From: a bacterium
GTDB taxonomy: Bacteria; Patescibacteriota; UBA1384; VFKW01
Assembly (NCBI GenBank): GCA_030647355.1
Contig: JAUSIS010000006.1
Location: 90,221 to 154,220 of the forward strand
DNA: 64,000 bases
Direction of reading: 5' to 3'
Shown: piece after piece, positions 9,904 through 19,336 of the stretch
Layout of the letters: the number at the start of each line of letters is the position of its first letter
Numbering within the stretch: position 1 is the first letter of the stretch
Made by a program: the position numbers and the translations under genes
The notes under the pieces: generated by a model
What the model saw: only the letters and a program-made list of their open reading frames with translations
What the model was told of the DNA's origin: nothing
Database searches by the model: none

Positions 9904-10809
9904 TTAAGTGGCTTTAGCGGCATCGGTTTTTCGATCAATAGCATTTTGCCAAATTACTAGTAGCGGTGTGGCGTTGAATATTGATGAATATGTCCCAATT
10001 ATAATACCAAGTAACAAAGTTAGGACGAATGGTTTAATTGTTTCGCCTCCCAAAAGGAACATGGCAAGCAATACTATTATAACGGTCAAGGACGTGTTGA
10101 GCGATCTGGCCAGAGTCTGGGTGATGCTGTTATTGGCTGTATGTGAAAAGGGATTGGAGGGGGATAGGCGAAGATTCTCTCGAATACGATCAAATACTAC
10201 GATAGTGTCATGTACCGAGAAGCCGATGATTGTCAAGAGAGCGGTTACGAATAGGCTATTTACTTCATATCCAAAGTAGTGACCAAGTATCGCATAGGTG
10301 CCTAGAACAAAAAGTGAATCGTGGATGAGAGCGGCAACTGCACATAGTCCAAAGCGCCAGGAGTTTGCTGGTTTGGGTACTTTTCGAAAAGCGATAGCCA
10401 GGTAGATAATAATACCGAGTGATGCCAATATGATGGATCCGAAAGCTTTTTTAGCTAAGTCTGAACTTATACTTGGTCCGATTGATTCGAAATTTAACAC
10501 TTGATTCTCCCCTACTTTTTTTAGAGAGCTAGAGATTTGTTCATCTAATTTATCATTTGTCGAAGCAGTTCGGATTATGTACTGATTATTCTTTGCGGGT
10601 TGGATATTTATATCTTCTAATTTCAGATTTTTGAGGGAATTTTCGACTTGGGACTTCCCTACTGTTTTATTAAATTTTACTGCCGTGACTGTTCCGCCCT
10701 TGAAATCAATTCCCAAATTTAATCCCCATACGAAAATTGCGATAATACCTGGTATTATCAGTAGAGCTGAAATCGTGAACCATAATTTGTTATATTTTGT
10801 AAATTCCAT
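9904..10809 (-). CDS. secF: Protein-export membrane protein SecF
   Basis: The N-terminus FKGGTV..., a 6-TM profile and a position immediately downstream of secD (26-nt spacer) all fit SecF. Confidence 0.9.
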   Translation of the reverse strand: MEFTKYNKLWFTISALLIIPGIIAIFVWGLNLGIDFKGGTVTAVKFNKTVGKSQVENSLKNLKLEDINIQPAKNNQYIIRTASTNDKLDEQISSSLKKVGENQVLNFESIGPSISSDLAKKAFGSIILASLGIIIYLAIAFRKVPKPANSWRFGLCAVAALIHDSLFVLGTYAILGHYFGYEVNSLFVTALLTIIGFSVHDTIVVFDRIRENLRLSPSNPFSHTANNSITQTLARSLNTSLTVIIVLLAMFLLGGETIKPFVLTLLLGIIIGTYSSIFNATPLLVIWQNAIDRKTDAAKAT

Positions 10810-10835
10810 CTTTCTCCTCTATATGTCGCACAATA

Positions 10836-12128
10836 TTACATTCGGCTAAGTAGTTTTTCATATCTAGTGTTGGTAAATAGGCGTAGGAAAGTTCGTGTGA
10901 CGGTGATTGCGGTAAAGAGCGACACGACTATACCAATAGCTAATGTTAGAGCAAATCCTCGGACAAATCCGGTTGTTAAGATATATAGAATAAAACAAGT
11001 AATTAATGATGAGGCATTGGAATCACGAACGCTGTTCCAGGCGCGATTGAACCCTTCTTCTAGGGATTTATTAATGGGTTTGCCGGAGTGTATTTCTTCT
11101 TTCATTCTTTCAAATATGAGAATGTTCGCATCAACTGCCATACCGATTGAGAGAATAAAGCCGGCTATTCCAGCTAGTGTCAGGGTGACTGGAATATATT
11201 TGAAAATAGCTAAGGCAAATAATGAATAGAAAGTGAGGGCGATGACAGCAAGGAGGCCGGGAAATTTGTAGAAGGAGATCATGAAAATGGCAATAAGAAG
11301 TAAGCCGATAGCGCCGGCTATCAGGCTCTTTTTGACAGATTCGCTGCCTAATGTTGGACCAATAGTATTTTGACCGATTAGCTTGGCGGGAACTGGCAGG
11401 ATACCTTCGTTAAGCCGGTTGGAAAGCTTTTGGGCTTCGTCTTGGCTATCTAACCCTGTTATTTGGGCGTCACCGCTGGTAATTTCGCTTTGAACTGTGG
11501 GAGCGCTGACAATTTTGCCATCCAAGACTATCGCAACTCGCTTGTTGAGATTTTTCTTAGTGATTTCGGAAAATAAGGTAGTGCCCTCGCGGTTGAAGCG
11601 CATGCTTACAATAGGATCTGCACTGAGAGATTGTTGGTCAATATTTACCATGGCACTTTTCAACTGCCTACCAGTTAGCTTGGTGGGTGTCCAAGTACCG
11701 GGATATGGTTGACTTGTATAGTAATCGTTGAGAACGGTTCCATTTGGAGCTTCTTCCATAAATAAGAGTTCATAAGTAGCGCCGATTTTGTTTTTCGCGT
11801 CTTCAATGTTTTTAATTCCCGGCAGTTCGATAATAATTTTATCTTTTCCACTGGTTTGGATGTTTGATTCGGCAACGCCGAGCCCATTAACGCGTTGTTC
11901 AAATACATTTCTAAGGTTTGCCATATCTTTTGAATTGTTCCGGGAGCTTTTAAGATCTGCTTTATAGGTTAGTTGGGTGCCGCCCTTTAAATCGAGACCT
12001 TCATGAATTTTGAATTCTTTATGAAAAGTGCCTAATTTCCAATTGGGAGCTTGCGGTAAGTCTATTAATATGGCAATCGTAGCTAGGGCGATGATTATTG
12101 CAAAAGTAATCCAGATTCTTCTTCGCAT
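10836..12128 (-). CDS. secD: Protein-export membrane protein SecD
   Basis: It has an N-terminal TM, a periplasmic domain and a C-terminal 6-TM block (...AIGIVVSLFTAITVTR). It forms a secD-secF pair. Confidence 0.9.
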   Translation of the reverse strand: MRRRIWITFAIIIALATIAILIDLPQAPNWKLGTFHKEFKIHEGLDLKGGTQLTYKADLKSSRNNSKDMANLRNVFEQRVNGLGVAESNIQTSGKDKIIIELPGIKNIEDAKNKIGATYELLFMEEAPNGTVLNDYYTSQPYPGTWTPTKLTGRQLKSAMVNIDQQSLSADPIVSMRFNREGTTLFSEITKKNLNKRVAIVLDGKIVSAPTVQSEITSGDAQITGLDSQDEAQKLSNRLNEGILPVPAKLIGQNTIGPTLGSESVKKSLIAGAIGLLLIAIFMISFYKFPGLLAVIALTFYSLFALAIFKYIPVTLTLAGIAGFILSIGMAVDANILIFERMKEEIHSGKPINKSLEEGFNRAWNSVRDSNASSLITCFILYILTTGFVRGFALTLAIGIVVSLFTAITVTRTFLRLFTNTRYEKLLSRM

Positions 12129-12152
12129 ATTTCTCCTATATATCCAATTAAT

Positions 12153-13229
12153 TTATAGGTAGAGGTGTTTTCCCTCTTCTTTAAGTTTGTCAATCAGTTT
12201 TTTGATGTCGTGCGCATGCTCTTTTTTACAGATTAATATTACGTCATCGGTGTCCACAACAATAACATCGTCGAGTCCGACAGTGGCGATTAATTTATCT
12301 TTGGCATAGATGAGGCAATTTTTATTATCTATACCGATGTGATTTCCTTTTGTAATTATATTACTTCCTGTATTGGTTGCAAGTATATCGTGTAGCGATG
12401 CCCAACTGCCAATATCGCTCCAACCTAAATCAGCAGGAATAACGAGTACTTTTTTAACTTTTTCCATAATAACTGTATCAAAGGGTTTAGCTGGCATTTT
12501 ATCATATTCTTTGGCGATTATTTGTTTGAGGTTACCTTTTTTGAGAGCCAGTTGGATGTTATTGATTGGATCTCTGAATTCGGGCGCGTATTTATCAAAC
12601 AAATCGAGCAAAGTATCGGCTTGCCAAATAAAATAACTGGCGTTCCATAGATATTCCCAGGAAGAAACATATTTTTTTGCTGTTGGGAGATCGGGTTTTT
12701 CGACAAATTTCTCCACAGAAAAAATTTTAGTACCATCAATTGTTTTTTTGAGATTGTGCATCTTTATATAGCCCAGGCCGGTATCGGGAGATGTCGGGTT
12801 GAGTCCGATAGTGACTATATGATCCGGGTAGTACTCGATTGCTTTTTCGGCGGTTATTATCGCTTTTTTGAATTCTTCGATTTTGGCTATAGAGTGATCC
12901 GAGGCAAAAGTACCGACGATTGATTTAGGATCCTTGGCGGCAAAAAAAGCTGCGATATATGCCAAGGAGGGGCCGGTATTTCTAGCTATTGGCTCGATTA
13001 TGTAATTTTCTTCAGGTAGTTCGGGTAGATGTCTTCGAGTTTCGGTGAGATATTTTTCGGCGGTGGAGATATAAATGTTTTCAACCGGAAGAAAGCTTTT
13101 TAAGCGTTCGAACGTTTCCTGTATAAGCGATTTATCGCTCATTAGTTGATGGAGTTGTTTAGGAAAATTGGTTCGGCTCATTGGCCATAACCGGGTACCG
13201 GATCCTCCTGCCATGATGACTGCATGCAT
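12153..13229 (-). CDS. Mannose-1-phosphate guanylyltransferase (nucleotidyltransferase only, no isomerase domain)
   Basis: The N-terminus is MHAVIMAGGSGTRLWPMSR... The overall 358 aa matches the GDP-mannose pyrophosphorylase family. Confidence 0.8.
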   Translation of the reverse strand: MHAVIMAGGSGTRLWPMSRTNFPKQLHQLMSDKSLIQETFERLKSFLPVENIYISTAEKYLTETRRHLPELPEENYIIEPIARNTGPSLAYIAAFFAAKDPKSIVGTFASDHSIAKIEEFKKAIITAEKAIEYYPDHIVTIGLNPTSPDTGLGYIKMHNLKKTIDGTKIFSVEKFVEKPDLPTAKKYVSSWEYLWNASYFIWQADTLLDLFDKYAPEFRDPINNIQLALKKGNLKQIIAKEYDKMPAKPFDTVIMEKVKKVLVIPADLGWSDIGSWASLHDILATNTGSNIITKGNHIGIDNKNCLIYAKDKLIATVGLDDVIVVDTDDVILICKKEHAHDIKKLIDKLKEEGKHLYL

Positions 13230-13267
13230 TTAAACCTCCAGTTGTAAACTAAATATTATTATACCCG

Positions 13268-13852
13268 TTAAAGTGTTTGTTTAGCAAGGATTTCTTTTAT
13301 TATTTTTTCTATCTCGAGGGCTACGATATGAGGCGATTGACCGTTTATGGTTATAATCTGGTAGTTAAATAAGTGAGCGGATTTCATCTCGGTCCTAGCG
13401 GTTTGGATGCGCCGATTGATTTCTTCTTGGCTCATATCGGGGTGTGTATGCTTGAGTCGAACCAGCATATCTGTCATACTATGGTATTTTAGGAAGAAAG
13501 AAATTATATTGGGAAATTGTTTTTTATACGGGATGAGTCCTTGGACGTCTATTTCAATAATGACATTTTTTCCGTTATGTAAAGCTTTCTTTAGATCTAA
13601 CTTCTTTTTACCATATAATTGACCATGGATTTCAGCCCAATCAGCTAACTCTCGCTTGTTGATAAGTTGATTAAATTTAGCGCGGGAGATGGTTATTCTA
13701 TTTTTGTGCTCATAATCGTCATGTCTTTGCGGGCGTGTGGTGTAGGATAGAACTTCAACTAACCCGGAGTGTTTTGTTACCAGCTCTTTTATAACAGAGT
13801 TTTTTCCTACCCCGCTTGGACCGGCAATTATAAAAATATGACCTTGTTTCAT
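13268..13852 (-). CDS. gmk: Guanylate kinase
   Basis: The P-loop AGPSGVGKNS and the SYTTRPQR motif (guanylate kinase S.TTR..R) are both present. Confidence 0.8.
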   Translation of the reverse strand: MKQGHIFIIAGPSGVGKNSVIKELVTKHSGLVEVLSYTTRPQRHDDYEHKNRITISRAKFNQLINKRELADWAEIHGQLYGKKKLDLKKALHNGKNVIIEIDVQGLIPYKKQFPNIISFFLKYHSMTDMLVRLKHTHPDMSQEEINRRIQTARTEMKSAHLFNYQIITINGQSPHIVALEIEKIIKEILAKQTL

Positions 13853-13892
13853 GGCTTAATTATAACATGGATTACTCTATTTTGACAGAGTG

Positions 13893-14447
13893 TCAGGTGG
13901 TTTTACGGACGATATATTTATTGACGATTTTTATTGCCAATAGGCCGTAAATAATACCGAGAATAATTCCGGCGAGGACATCACTCGGAAAATGCATACC
14001 GTTGTGCATTCTGGCGAAGGCCATTATTAGGGCGATGATGATGGCAAGTGGGATAGCTTTTCGGTAGTAGTATGTAAGTGCGGTTAAGGCGGCTAGAGTG
14101 CTTGACATATGGCTGGATGGAAAGGAAGAGTCAAGATAATGTTTACCAAGTGGAATAATGGAACTTTCAGGTGTTAACCATGGCCTAGTACGGAAGAAAC
14201 TGTCTGATATGGCAGGCAGTAGATGTTTGAATATTCCTTCACTAATTGCAAAATGAATAATTATGGCAAATAGTACAGTTAGAAAAACGTATTCCCCTTT
14301 TTTTTTATCCAAGAGCATGGCGAGGATGCAACAAAACAGCCACAGCGCTATAACAAACCAAGTTTTACTGATAAATACTGTTAGCGAATCAATAAATGTG
14401 CCATGACCTAATTGATTGATATTTTGGACAATTTCTAGTTCAATCAT
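13893..14447 (-). CDS. PAP2-family membrane phosphatase (phosphatidate/undecaprenyl-PP phosphatase-like)
   Basis: The PAP2 motifs FRTRPW, PSSHMS and FARMHNGMHFPSDV are present, with a multi-TM profile. Confidence 0.7.
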   Translation of the reverse strand: MIELEIVQNINQLGHGTFIDSLTVFISKTWFVIALWLFCCILAMLLDKKKGEYVFLTVLFAIIIHFAISEGIFKHLLPAISDSFFRTRPWLTPESSIIPLGKHYLDSSFPSSHMSSTLAALTALTYYYRKAIPLAIIIALIMAFARMHNGMHFPSDVLAGIILGIIYGLLAIKIVNKYIVRKTT

Positions 14448-14469
14448 TCGTGCTCTTATGGTTAGTTTA

Positions 14470-14958
14470 CTATTGGATGCCTGTTGGTGGTTGAGTTATA
14501 CCGGAAACTGGGTTAGCGAGAGGAGGGGCGGGCTTGTGATTTTCGATTTTTATTATATTAGGAAGTTTCAGTTCGGCAAAAGCTATCAATCCGATTAATT
14601 CTATTGAAAAGATAACCAGAAGAATGATGTTAGATGTAGTATTGTCTTGAGTTCCGGAACTCATGGCGATGTAGTTGATGATAGAGATTAAGGTTAGGGT
14701 GAAAATGCCACTGATTATGAGCGGCATACCGATTATGTCATATCTTTTATTGAGATATGCGCCAATTATCACTATGAGAGTGGAAATAATAATTATCGAT
14801 AAAAAGGCGGAGAGAGGACCGGCGAGATTCAGATTATAAATGTAAAAATCGCTGGATCCGTGTCTTTCATCTAGGGATAAAAATACTCGGCTCATGCTTA
14901 ATATGAAAGCAATAACTCCGATACTGATAGCTATTTGGATGAGTCTTTTTGTGAACAT
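14470..14958 (-). CDS. Hypothetical integral membrane protein
   Basis: Four or five hydrophobic helices; no motif recognised. Confidence 0.5.
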   Translation of the reverse strand: MFTKRLIQIAISIGVIAFILSMSRVFLSLDERHGSSDFYIYNLNLAGPLSAFLSIIIISTLIVIIGAYLNKRYDIIGMPLIISGIFTLTLISIINYIAMSSGTQDNTTSNIILLVIFSIELIGLIAFAELKLPNIIKIENHKPAPPLANPVSGITQPPTGIQ

Positions 14959-15324
14959 TTAAACCTCCTTTGGGTGCTGTTCGCTTAGATGACCGAATTT
15001 AATTACGGCTACAATGATAAGCACTAGGACGACGAAGCCGAATATTGCCGGCTTTGCCGTAGCCGATCCGCCATCCCATGATTGGAAGAAGATGAAAAGG
15101 TAGCGGGTAAATCCGGCAGCTAGCAAGGTATAACCGACGACGGTATTTTTAACAACTAAACTGACTATGATTAGCATGGTATCGAGAATTAATTCAGCAA
15201 ACTTCCGTGTCAGACTGTCGTCGGGAAAGAAGGCATTGATTATTTGTTGCAAGACTATGATTGTTAAAATATAGATAGCAATTGATATCAGGGTTCGGGT
15301 GGCGGTGCTATTTGATTTGTCCAT
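14959..15324 (-). CDS. Hypothetical integral membrane protein
   Basis: Three or four TM helices. Its stop abuts the start of the upstream gene. Confidence 0.5.
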   Translation of the reverse strand: MDKSNSTATRTLISIAIYILTIIVLQQIINAFFPDDSLTRKFAELILDTMLIIVSLVVKNTVVGYTLLAAGFTRYLFIFFQSWDGGSATAKPAIFGFVVLVLIIVAVIKFGHLSEQHPKEV

Positions 15325-15343
15325 TTCTACTCCTTTTTAATAT

Positions 15344-16009
15344 CTATTTAACTTCGAAGGTTAGCTCATTACCCCTATAGGTTACTAAATAGGTACCTTC
15401 TTTTTGACCGATTATTTTAAAAGATAAGACTCCTTCGATCGCTTCATTGGCTTGAAGGGTCGAATAGCTGTTGTTAAGTATGCTAGATAGATCCCGTTTT
15501 CCACCGATTTCGGCATAATCAATTTCGGCGATTGATCTTGTTGGCGTGTATAGTTTGAATTTTCCTTGGTCAAAGAGCTCTTCTGAACGGCTTAATTTAT
15601 TGTTGTATTCGTCTTTGTCCTTGTAATATGCTAAGCATACTTCTGGAATTACCGGAGGCGGAGTGGTGGTTTGAGAATTAACGTTGATGTTAATATTATT
15701 GTTATATTGCTGATAATCGTTGTCATAGTTATAGCAAGTTCTGGGTTCTATGGGAGGTGTTGGTGGTTTGGCAAGATAGGCCATGGTATTTCTGGTATTT
15801 TGTACCTCGGCTTTGATTATCATACTCTCGTAGTTTGAGTCACTTGGTCTAAATAACGCTTCATGAAGGGTGATTTTGATTCCTTCAGAGGTTGTCATAG
15901 TCTTATCGATGGTGGTTTTTTGTCCTTTTTGGTAAAAAAATAAGCCAATAAGTATGGCTATGCTGACTATAATAATTCCACTAATAACTAAAAGTTCTTT
16001 ATTTTTCAC
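15344..16009 (-). CDS. Hypothetical membrane-anchored protein (N-terminal TM, Pro/Thr linker)
   Basis: An N-terminal TM helix is followed by a soluble domain containing a TTPPPVIPE linker. Confidence 0.55.
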   Translation of the reverse strand: MKNKELLVISGIIIVSIAILIGLFFYQKGQKTTIDKTMTTSEGIKITLHEALFRPSDSNYESMIIKAEVQNTRNTMAYLAKPPTPPIEPRTCYNYDNDYQQYNNNININVNSQTTTPPPVIPEVCLAYYKDKDEYNNKLSRSEELFDQGKFKLYTPTRSIAEIDYAEIGGKRDLSSILNNSYSTLQANEAIEGVLSFKIIGQKEGTYLVTYRGNELTFEVK

Positions 16010-16033
16010 GGATTCCTCCTTAGCTCAATTGTA

Positions 16034-16795
16034 TTAATATTTAATAAGCTTGTCAATGATATTTTGCAGTTCTGGTGGTAAGGGAGATTCTAGATTTAGT
16101 GTTTTACTGGTGTAGGGATGTTTGAATGTTAATTTTGTGGCGTGAAGAAACTGGCGACTGATACCTAATTCTTTAGATATACGGTGAGAAGGTTTAAAAG
16201 AATATAACTGGTCGCCTATTATTGGGTAACCTAAATGCTTCAGGTGGATACGTATTTGGTGCATACGGCCGGTTTTTGGTTTGGCTAGGACCAAAGTGAG
16301 TAGTTGTTTTTTATAGGAAAAATGTTTGATGGTCTCATAATCGGTTTGGGCAGAACGAATTTTGCCTTTGGCGATTTTTTCGAGAGTGTCTTCATTTATA
16401 TCTTCAGGTACGGCGGTCTGTTTGTCTTTGGATGCATGACGGGCAATTTCGGCGGTGATAGTCCCCTGCTCTGGTTTTATATCTCCATACACTAAAGCAA
16501 TATATTCTTTTCTAACTAAATGGTTCTGAAATTGACTCTGAAGTTCTACTAGAATTTCTGGTGTTTTGGCAATTACTAATAGACCAGATGTGTCCTTATC
16601 TAGGCGATGAACTATTCCCGGGCGAACCATATCCGGCCATTTTAGGGTTGCTATGTTGGGGATGTGGCGAAAGATAAAATCCACGACGCTCAAGTCGTGT
16701 CTTCCGGGCGGATTATGAACGACCAGACCGGCTGGCTTATCAACTACCATCAGGCAATTATCTTCGTAAATTATTTTGATTTCGTCTAATTCCAT
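16034..16795 (-). CDS. RluA-family pseudouridine synthase (no S4 domain)
   Basis: The catalytic motif HRLDKDTSGLLV is present, and the N-terminus ...MVVDKPAGLVVH fits the family. Confidence 0.85.
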   Translation of the reverse strand: MELDEIKIIYEDNCLMVVDKPAGLVVHNPPGRHDLSVVDFIFRHIPNIATLKWPDMVRPGIVHRLDKDTSGLLVIAKTPEILVELQSQFQNHLVRKEYIALVYGDIKPEQGTITAEIARHASKDKQTAVPEDINEDTLEKIAKGKIRSAQTDYETIKHFSYKKQLLTLVLAKPKTGRMHQIRIHLKHLGYPIIGDQLYSFKPSHRISKELGISRQFLHATKLTFKHPYTSKTLNLESPLPPELQNIIDKLIKY

Positions 16796-16896
16796 ACTTC
16801 TTTTAGTTTATCATTAAATAATCTTTCTGTAATTAGCTTCAATGTGTTTGTGATAATGGATATTTTCAAATTATTTTATGAGAGTATGATTTAAGT

Positions 16897-17331
16897 ATGA
16901 AAATCACAAGTCCGGTTTTTGCGAATCAAGAAAATATTCCCTCGAAATATACTTGCGATGGGGAGAATATAAATCCGCCACTAAAGATTGAGGATGTTCC
17001 TAATGTGACGGTGAGTTTGGTGTTGATTATGGATGATCCCGATACACCTAATGGTACATTTGTCCATTGGGTTTTATATAATATTGATCCGCAAGCACGA
17101 GAGATTGTAGAGGATAGTGTTACGGGGGGAGCGATGCTGGGAATAACCAGTACCAAGCAAAAGGGTTATATGGGACCTTGTCCTCCATTTGGTGTACATA
17201 GGTATTTTTTCAAGCTCTATGCGCTAGATTCTTTGCTAAGTGTAGATCATCCAACCGCAGATGATCTTAATTTGGAAATGGACACACATATAATAGATGG
17301 GGCGACGCTGATTGGGTTGTACGCGAGGTAA
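16897..17331 (+). CDS. YbhB/YbcL-family phosphatidylethanolamine-binding protein (PEBP)
   Basis: ...DPDTPNGTFVHWVLYNI...GPCPPFGVHRYFFKLYALD matches the PEBP signature. Confidence 0.85.
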   Translation: MKITSPVFANQENIPSKYTCDGENINPPLKIEDVPNVTVSLVLIMDDPDTPNGTFVHWVLYNIDPQAREIVEDSVTGGAMLGITSTKQKGYMGPCPPFGVHRYFFKLYALDSLLSVDHPTADDLNLEMDTHIIDGATLIGLYAR

Positions 17332-17349
17332 TTTTAGGTTTTATGAATA

Positions 17350-17381
17350 AAAAGAGGCCGGGCGAACCCGGCCTTTTTGAG
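17350..17381. terminator. Bidirectional GC-stem terminator
   Basis: aaaaagaggccgggcgaacccggcctttttga is a perfect stem flanked by A and T runs. Confidence 0.7.
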
Positions 17382-17515
17382 TTACTTCGTTCGGACGAAT
17401 ATCGTCCCGACTTCTGTCGGAACTGGCTGAACGGTCATTTTCTTGGGTCTTGTCTGGATGACGGGAAGGACGAGTGTCAAGAGGAAAACAATGACCGTGA
17501 CGATAGCGCGATTGA

Positions 17516-18397
17516 CTATTTTTTTTGCCATTTGTATTTCCCTTTTGCGTCCGGTCGAATCTTCTGGATAGTTAGCATGACCTCTTCGCTTTTATCCAGG
17601 GAGACTTTGCGGATAGCTTCCCCATTTGTTCCGACTATCAGTTTTTCTGTGATGGTCATCACAAGAACTTTCTGGGAAGCCGGAAACATGATGGATTGGC
17701 CGTCGTCTTTGACCCCGACCTTTAACGAACGTGTTGTTGTTGAGGCCCTGGCTGTTTGAACACTGCCGCCAATCTCGACGACCTCAATTCCGACTTTGGC
17801 ACTGCTTTCCTGGGCGATGGAGACGCTGTCGGCGAGTTGGAATAGGGCTTCTGCGGAGTCGCCCTTGGCAAACATGTTGATCATCCTACTTACCGTGCCG
17901 ACCGGCTTGATCACTTCAGTTTGCTTTTTGGTGACTTTTGGCACGATCTTGAGGTAGTAGTTCCCGGTTCCTGTTGGGTGCCCTTTCTCATACATAGAGA
18001 TATGGATGTGATTGAGACCGATTCGAGAGTTGGTTGTGAACCGATTTTCCACACCAGTCTCACCAGTCAGCGAAGAATACCATTTCAGTGAATAATGGTG
18101 AGACTGGGAAATCACTGTGCCGGTGATTGGCATGAACACCTGAAACGAACGACTTCCAGTCCAGCGGTCCCATGTTCCCTGCCCCGAGACACCATATCCG
18201 GTGCCATTAGAGTTGTAGCGAGAGATGACGCCGATGCATTTGATGAGCAAATGCTGGGAGTTAACCAGTCGTATAGCATCCTCAAAAGTGAGCTTGTATA
18301 CGCTGGGTATTAGATCGACCTTGCGGTCGGCGGCGAATGCCGCGATGTTAAGTTGCGTGGAAACCAGTACTACCAGAATCCAAAATGACTTTCTCAA
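17516..18397 (-). CDS. Hypothetical secreted protein (signal peptide), GC-rich gene, controlled by GEMM-like leader copy 1
   Basis: TTG start with SD AGGAGGA 6 nt upstream. The N-terminus MRKSFWILVVLVSTQLNIAAFA is a signal peptide. GC content is clearly above the local background. Confidence 0.7.
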   Translation of the reverse strand: MRKSFWILVVLVSTQLNIAAFAADRKVDLIPSVYKLTFEDAIRLVNSQHLLIKCIGVISRYNSNGTGYGVSGQGTWDRWTGSRSFQVFMPITGTVISQSHHYSLKWYSSLTGETGVENRFTTNSRIGLNHIHISMYEKGHPTGTGNYYLKIVPKVTKKQTEVIKPVGTVSRMINMFAKGDSAEALFQLADSVSIAQESSAKVGIEVVEIGGSVQTARASTTTRSLKVGVKDDGQSIMFPASQKVLVMTITEKLIVGTNGEAIRKVSLDKSEEVMLTIQKIRPDAKGKYKWQKK

Positions 18398-18453
18398 AAC
18401 GAGATCCTCCTAGAGAGATATTTGTCAACAAATCTAGGAATTATGCCGATATC

Positions 18454-18699
18454 AAAAAAACTTCTTCCGAAGCTTCTTTGTGAGTACGTATTGAAGTTCG
18501 GCAACCCGGCGACCATTCCAGCTCTTTCAATGAAAGGGCTGGATTAGGCCCGTGGTTTTGCCCCGATGTCGGATTTTGTCCGGATCGGAGTCCCTTATCC
18601 TTCCGAAGAAGGGTGATGGGACGTCATCGCCTTTCGACGACTTTGCCTTTATCGACTTGTTAACAGGATTATTTTAGCACTTTTGCGCCTGTTTGTCAA
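18454..18699 (-). promoter_or_regulatory. GEMM (c-di-GMP-I)-like structured 5' leader, copy 1: promoter, conserved domain and intrinsic terminator
   Basis: On the minus strand the -35 TTGACA (18694-18699) is followed by 17 nt and the -10 TAAAAT (18671-18676). A conserved domain (about 18499-18654) is roughly 90% identical to copy 2. The terminator AAGAAGCUUCGGAAGAAG plus U7 lies at 18454-18479. The SD and TTG start of the 17516..18397 gene follow. Confidence 0.5.
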
Positions 18700-18819
18700 G
18701 AGTAAGTGTGGTAATAAAATTGCTGATTTATGGTTGATTTTTTTGTATATATATGTTAACATAGCTGATGGCTTCGAAATATGTGAGGGAGGTACAAGAA
18801 AATTCGAAAAGTAGTTACT

Positions 18820-19269
18820 TTGCTCGTTTGTCTGTTTTTTCTTTGTAGCAACGGTTGGGGCAATCAAGTTTTGGCAGCCAAGATGTCTGCCAGTCAGAAG
18901 GCAAAGGCAGAGGATGCTCAAATACGAGCAAAGCTGGCAAAGGCCGGCTGGCGAGTTGACCGGGTGATTCCGGTCACGATGACTGGTTATTCGTCAGAAA
19001 CTCCAGGTATGTCTGATAAGGGTACTTGCGAGACTAAGCTTGGCAAAGGTTCGGTGTCAGTTGACCCAAAGGTTATCAAGCTCTGGTCTCACCTTTACGT
19101 ATCCGGAGGTTACGGATATGGGCAGGCGTTGGATACTGGTCTTGCGATTCAGGGTGCGAAGATTGATTTGTGGTTCAAAACAGAAGAAGAGGCAATTCAA
19201 TTCGGACGCCGGTCCGGCAATGTCTATCTAATATCACGCGTTAGCCGCAAACGCAGCAACCATCATTAA
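18820..19269 (+). CDS. 3D-domain (MltA/YuiC-like) secreted protein
   Basis: ...VDPKVIKLWSHLYVSGGYGYGQALDTGLAIQGAKIDLWF...A..FG matches the 3D domain with its three conserved Asp. The N-terminus is hydrophobic, and the start is TTG. Confidence 0.7.
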   Translation: MLVCLFFLCSNGWGNQVLAAKMSASQKAKAEDAQIRAKLAKAGWRVDRVIPVTMTGYSSETPGMSDKGTCETKLGKGSVSVDPKVIKLWSHLYVSGGYGYGQALDTGLAIQGAKIDLWFKTEEEAIQFGRRSGNVYLISRVSRKRSNHH

Positions 19270-19270
19270 A

Positions 19271-19296
19271 CCCCCGTACTAGGGGGTCTTTTTTTA
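19271..19296 (+). terminator. Rho-independent terminator
   Basis: acccccgtactagggggtcttttttt. Confidence 0.8.
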
Positions 19297-19336
19297 TAAT
19301 ATTGACAACGTCTAGTGGGAAGACTAGCATTGAATT

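Noticed and set aside
17343-17759. 138-aa plus-strand ORF
   Set aside because: It lies antisense to the well-supported secreted-protein gene 17516..18397 and the terminator. It has no SD and an odd composition, so it is probably spurious.
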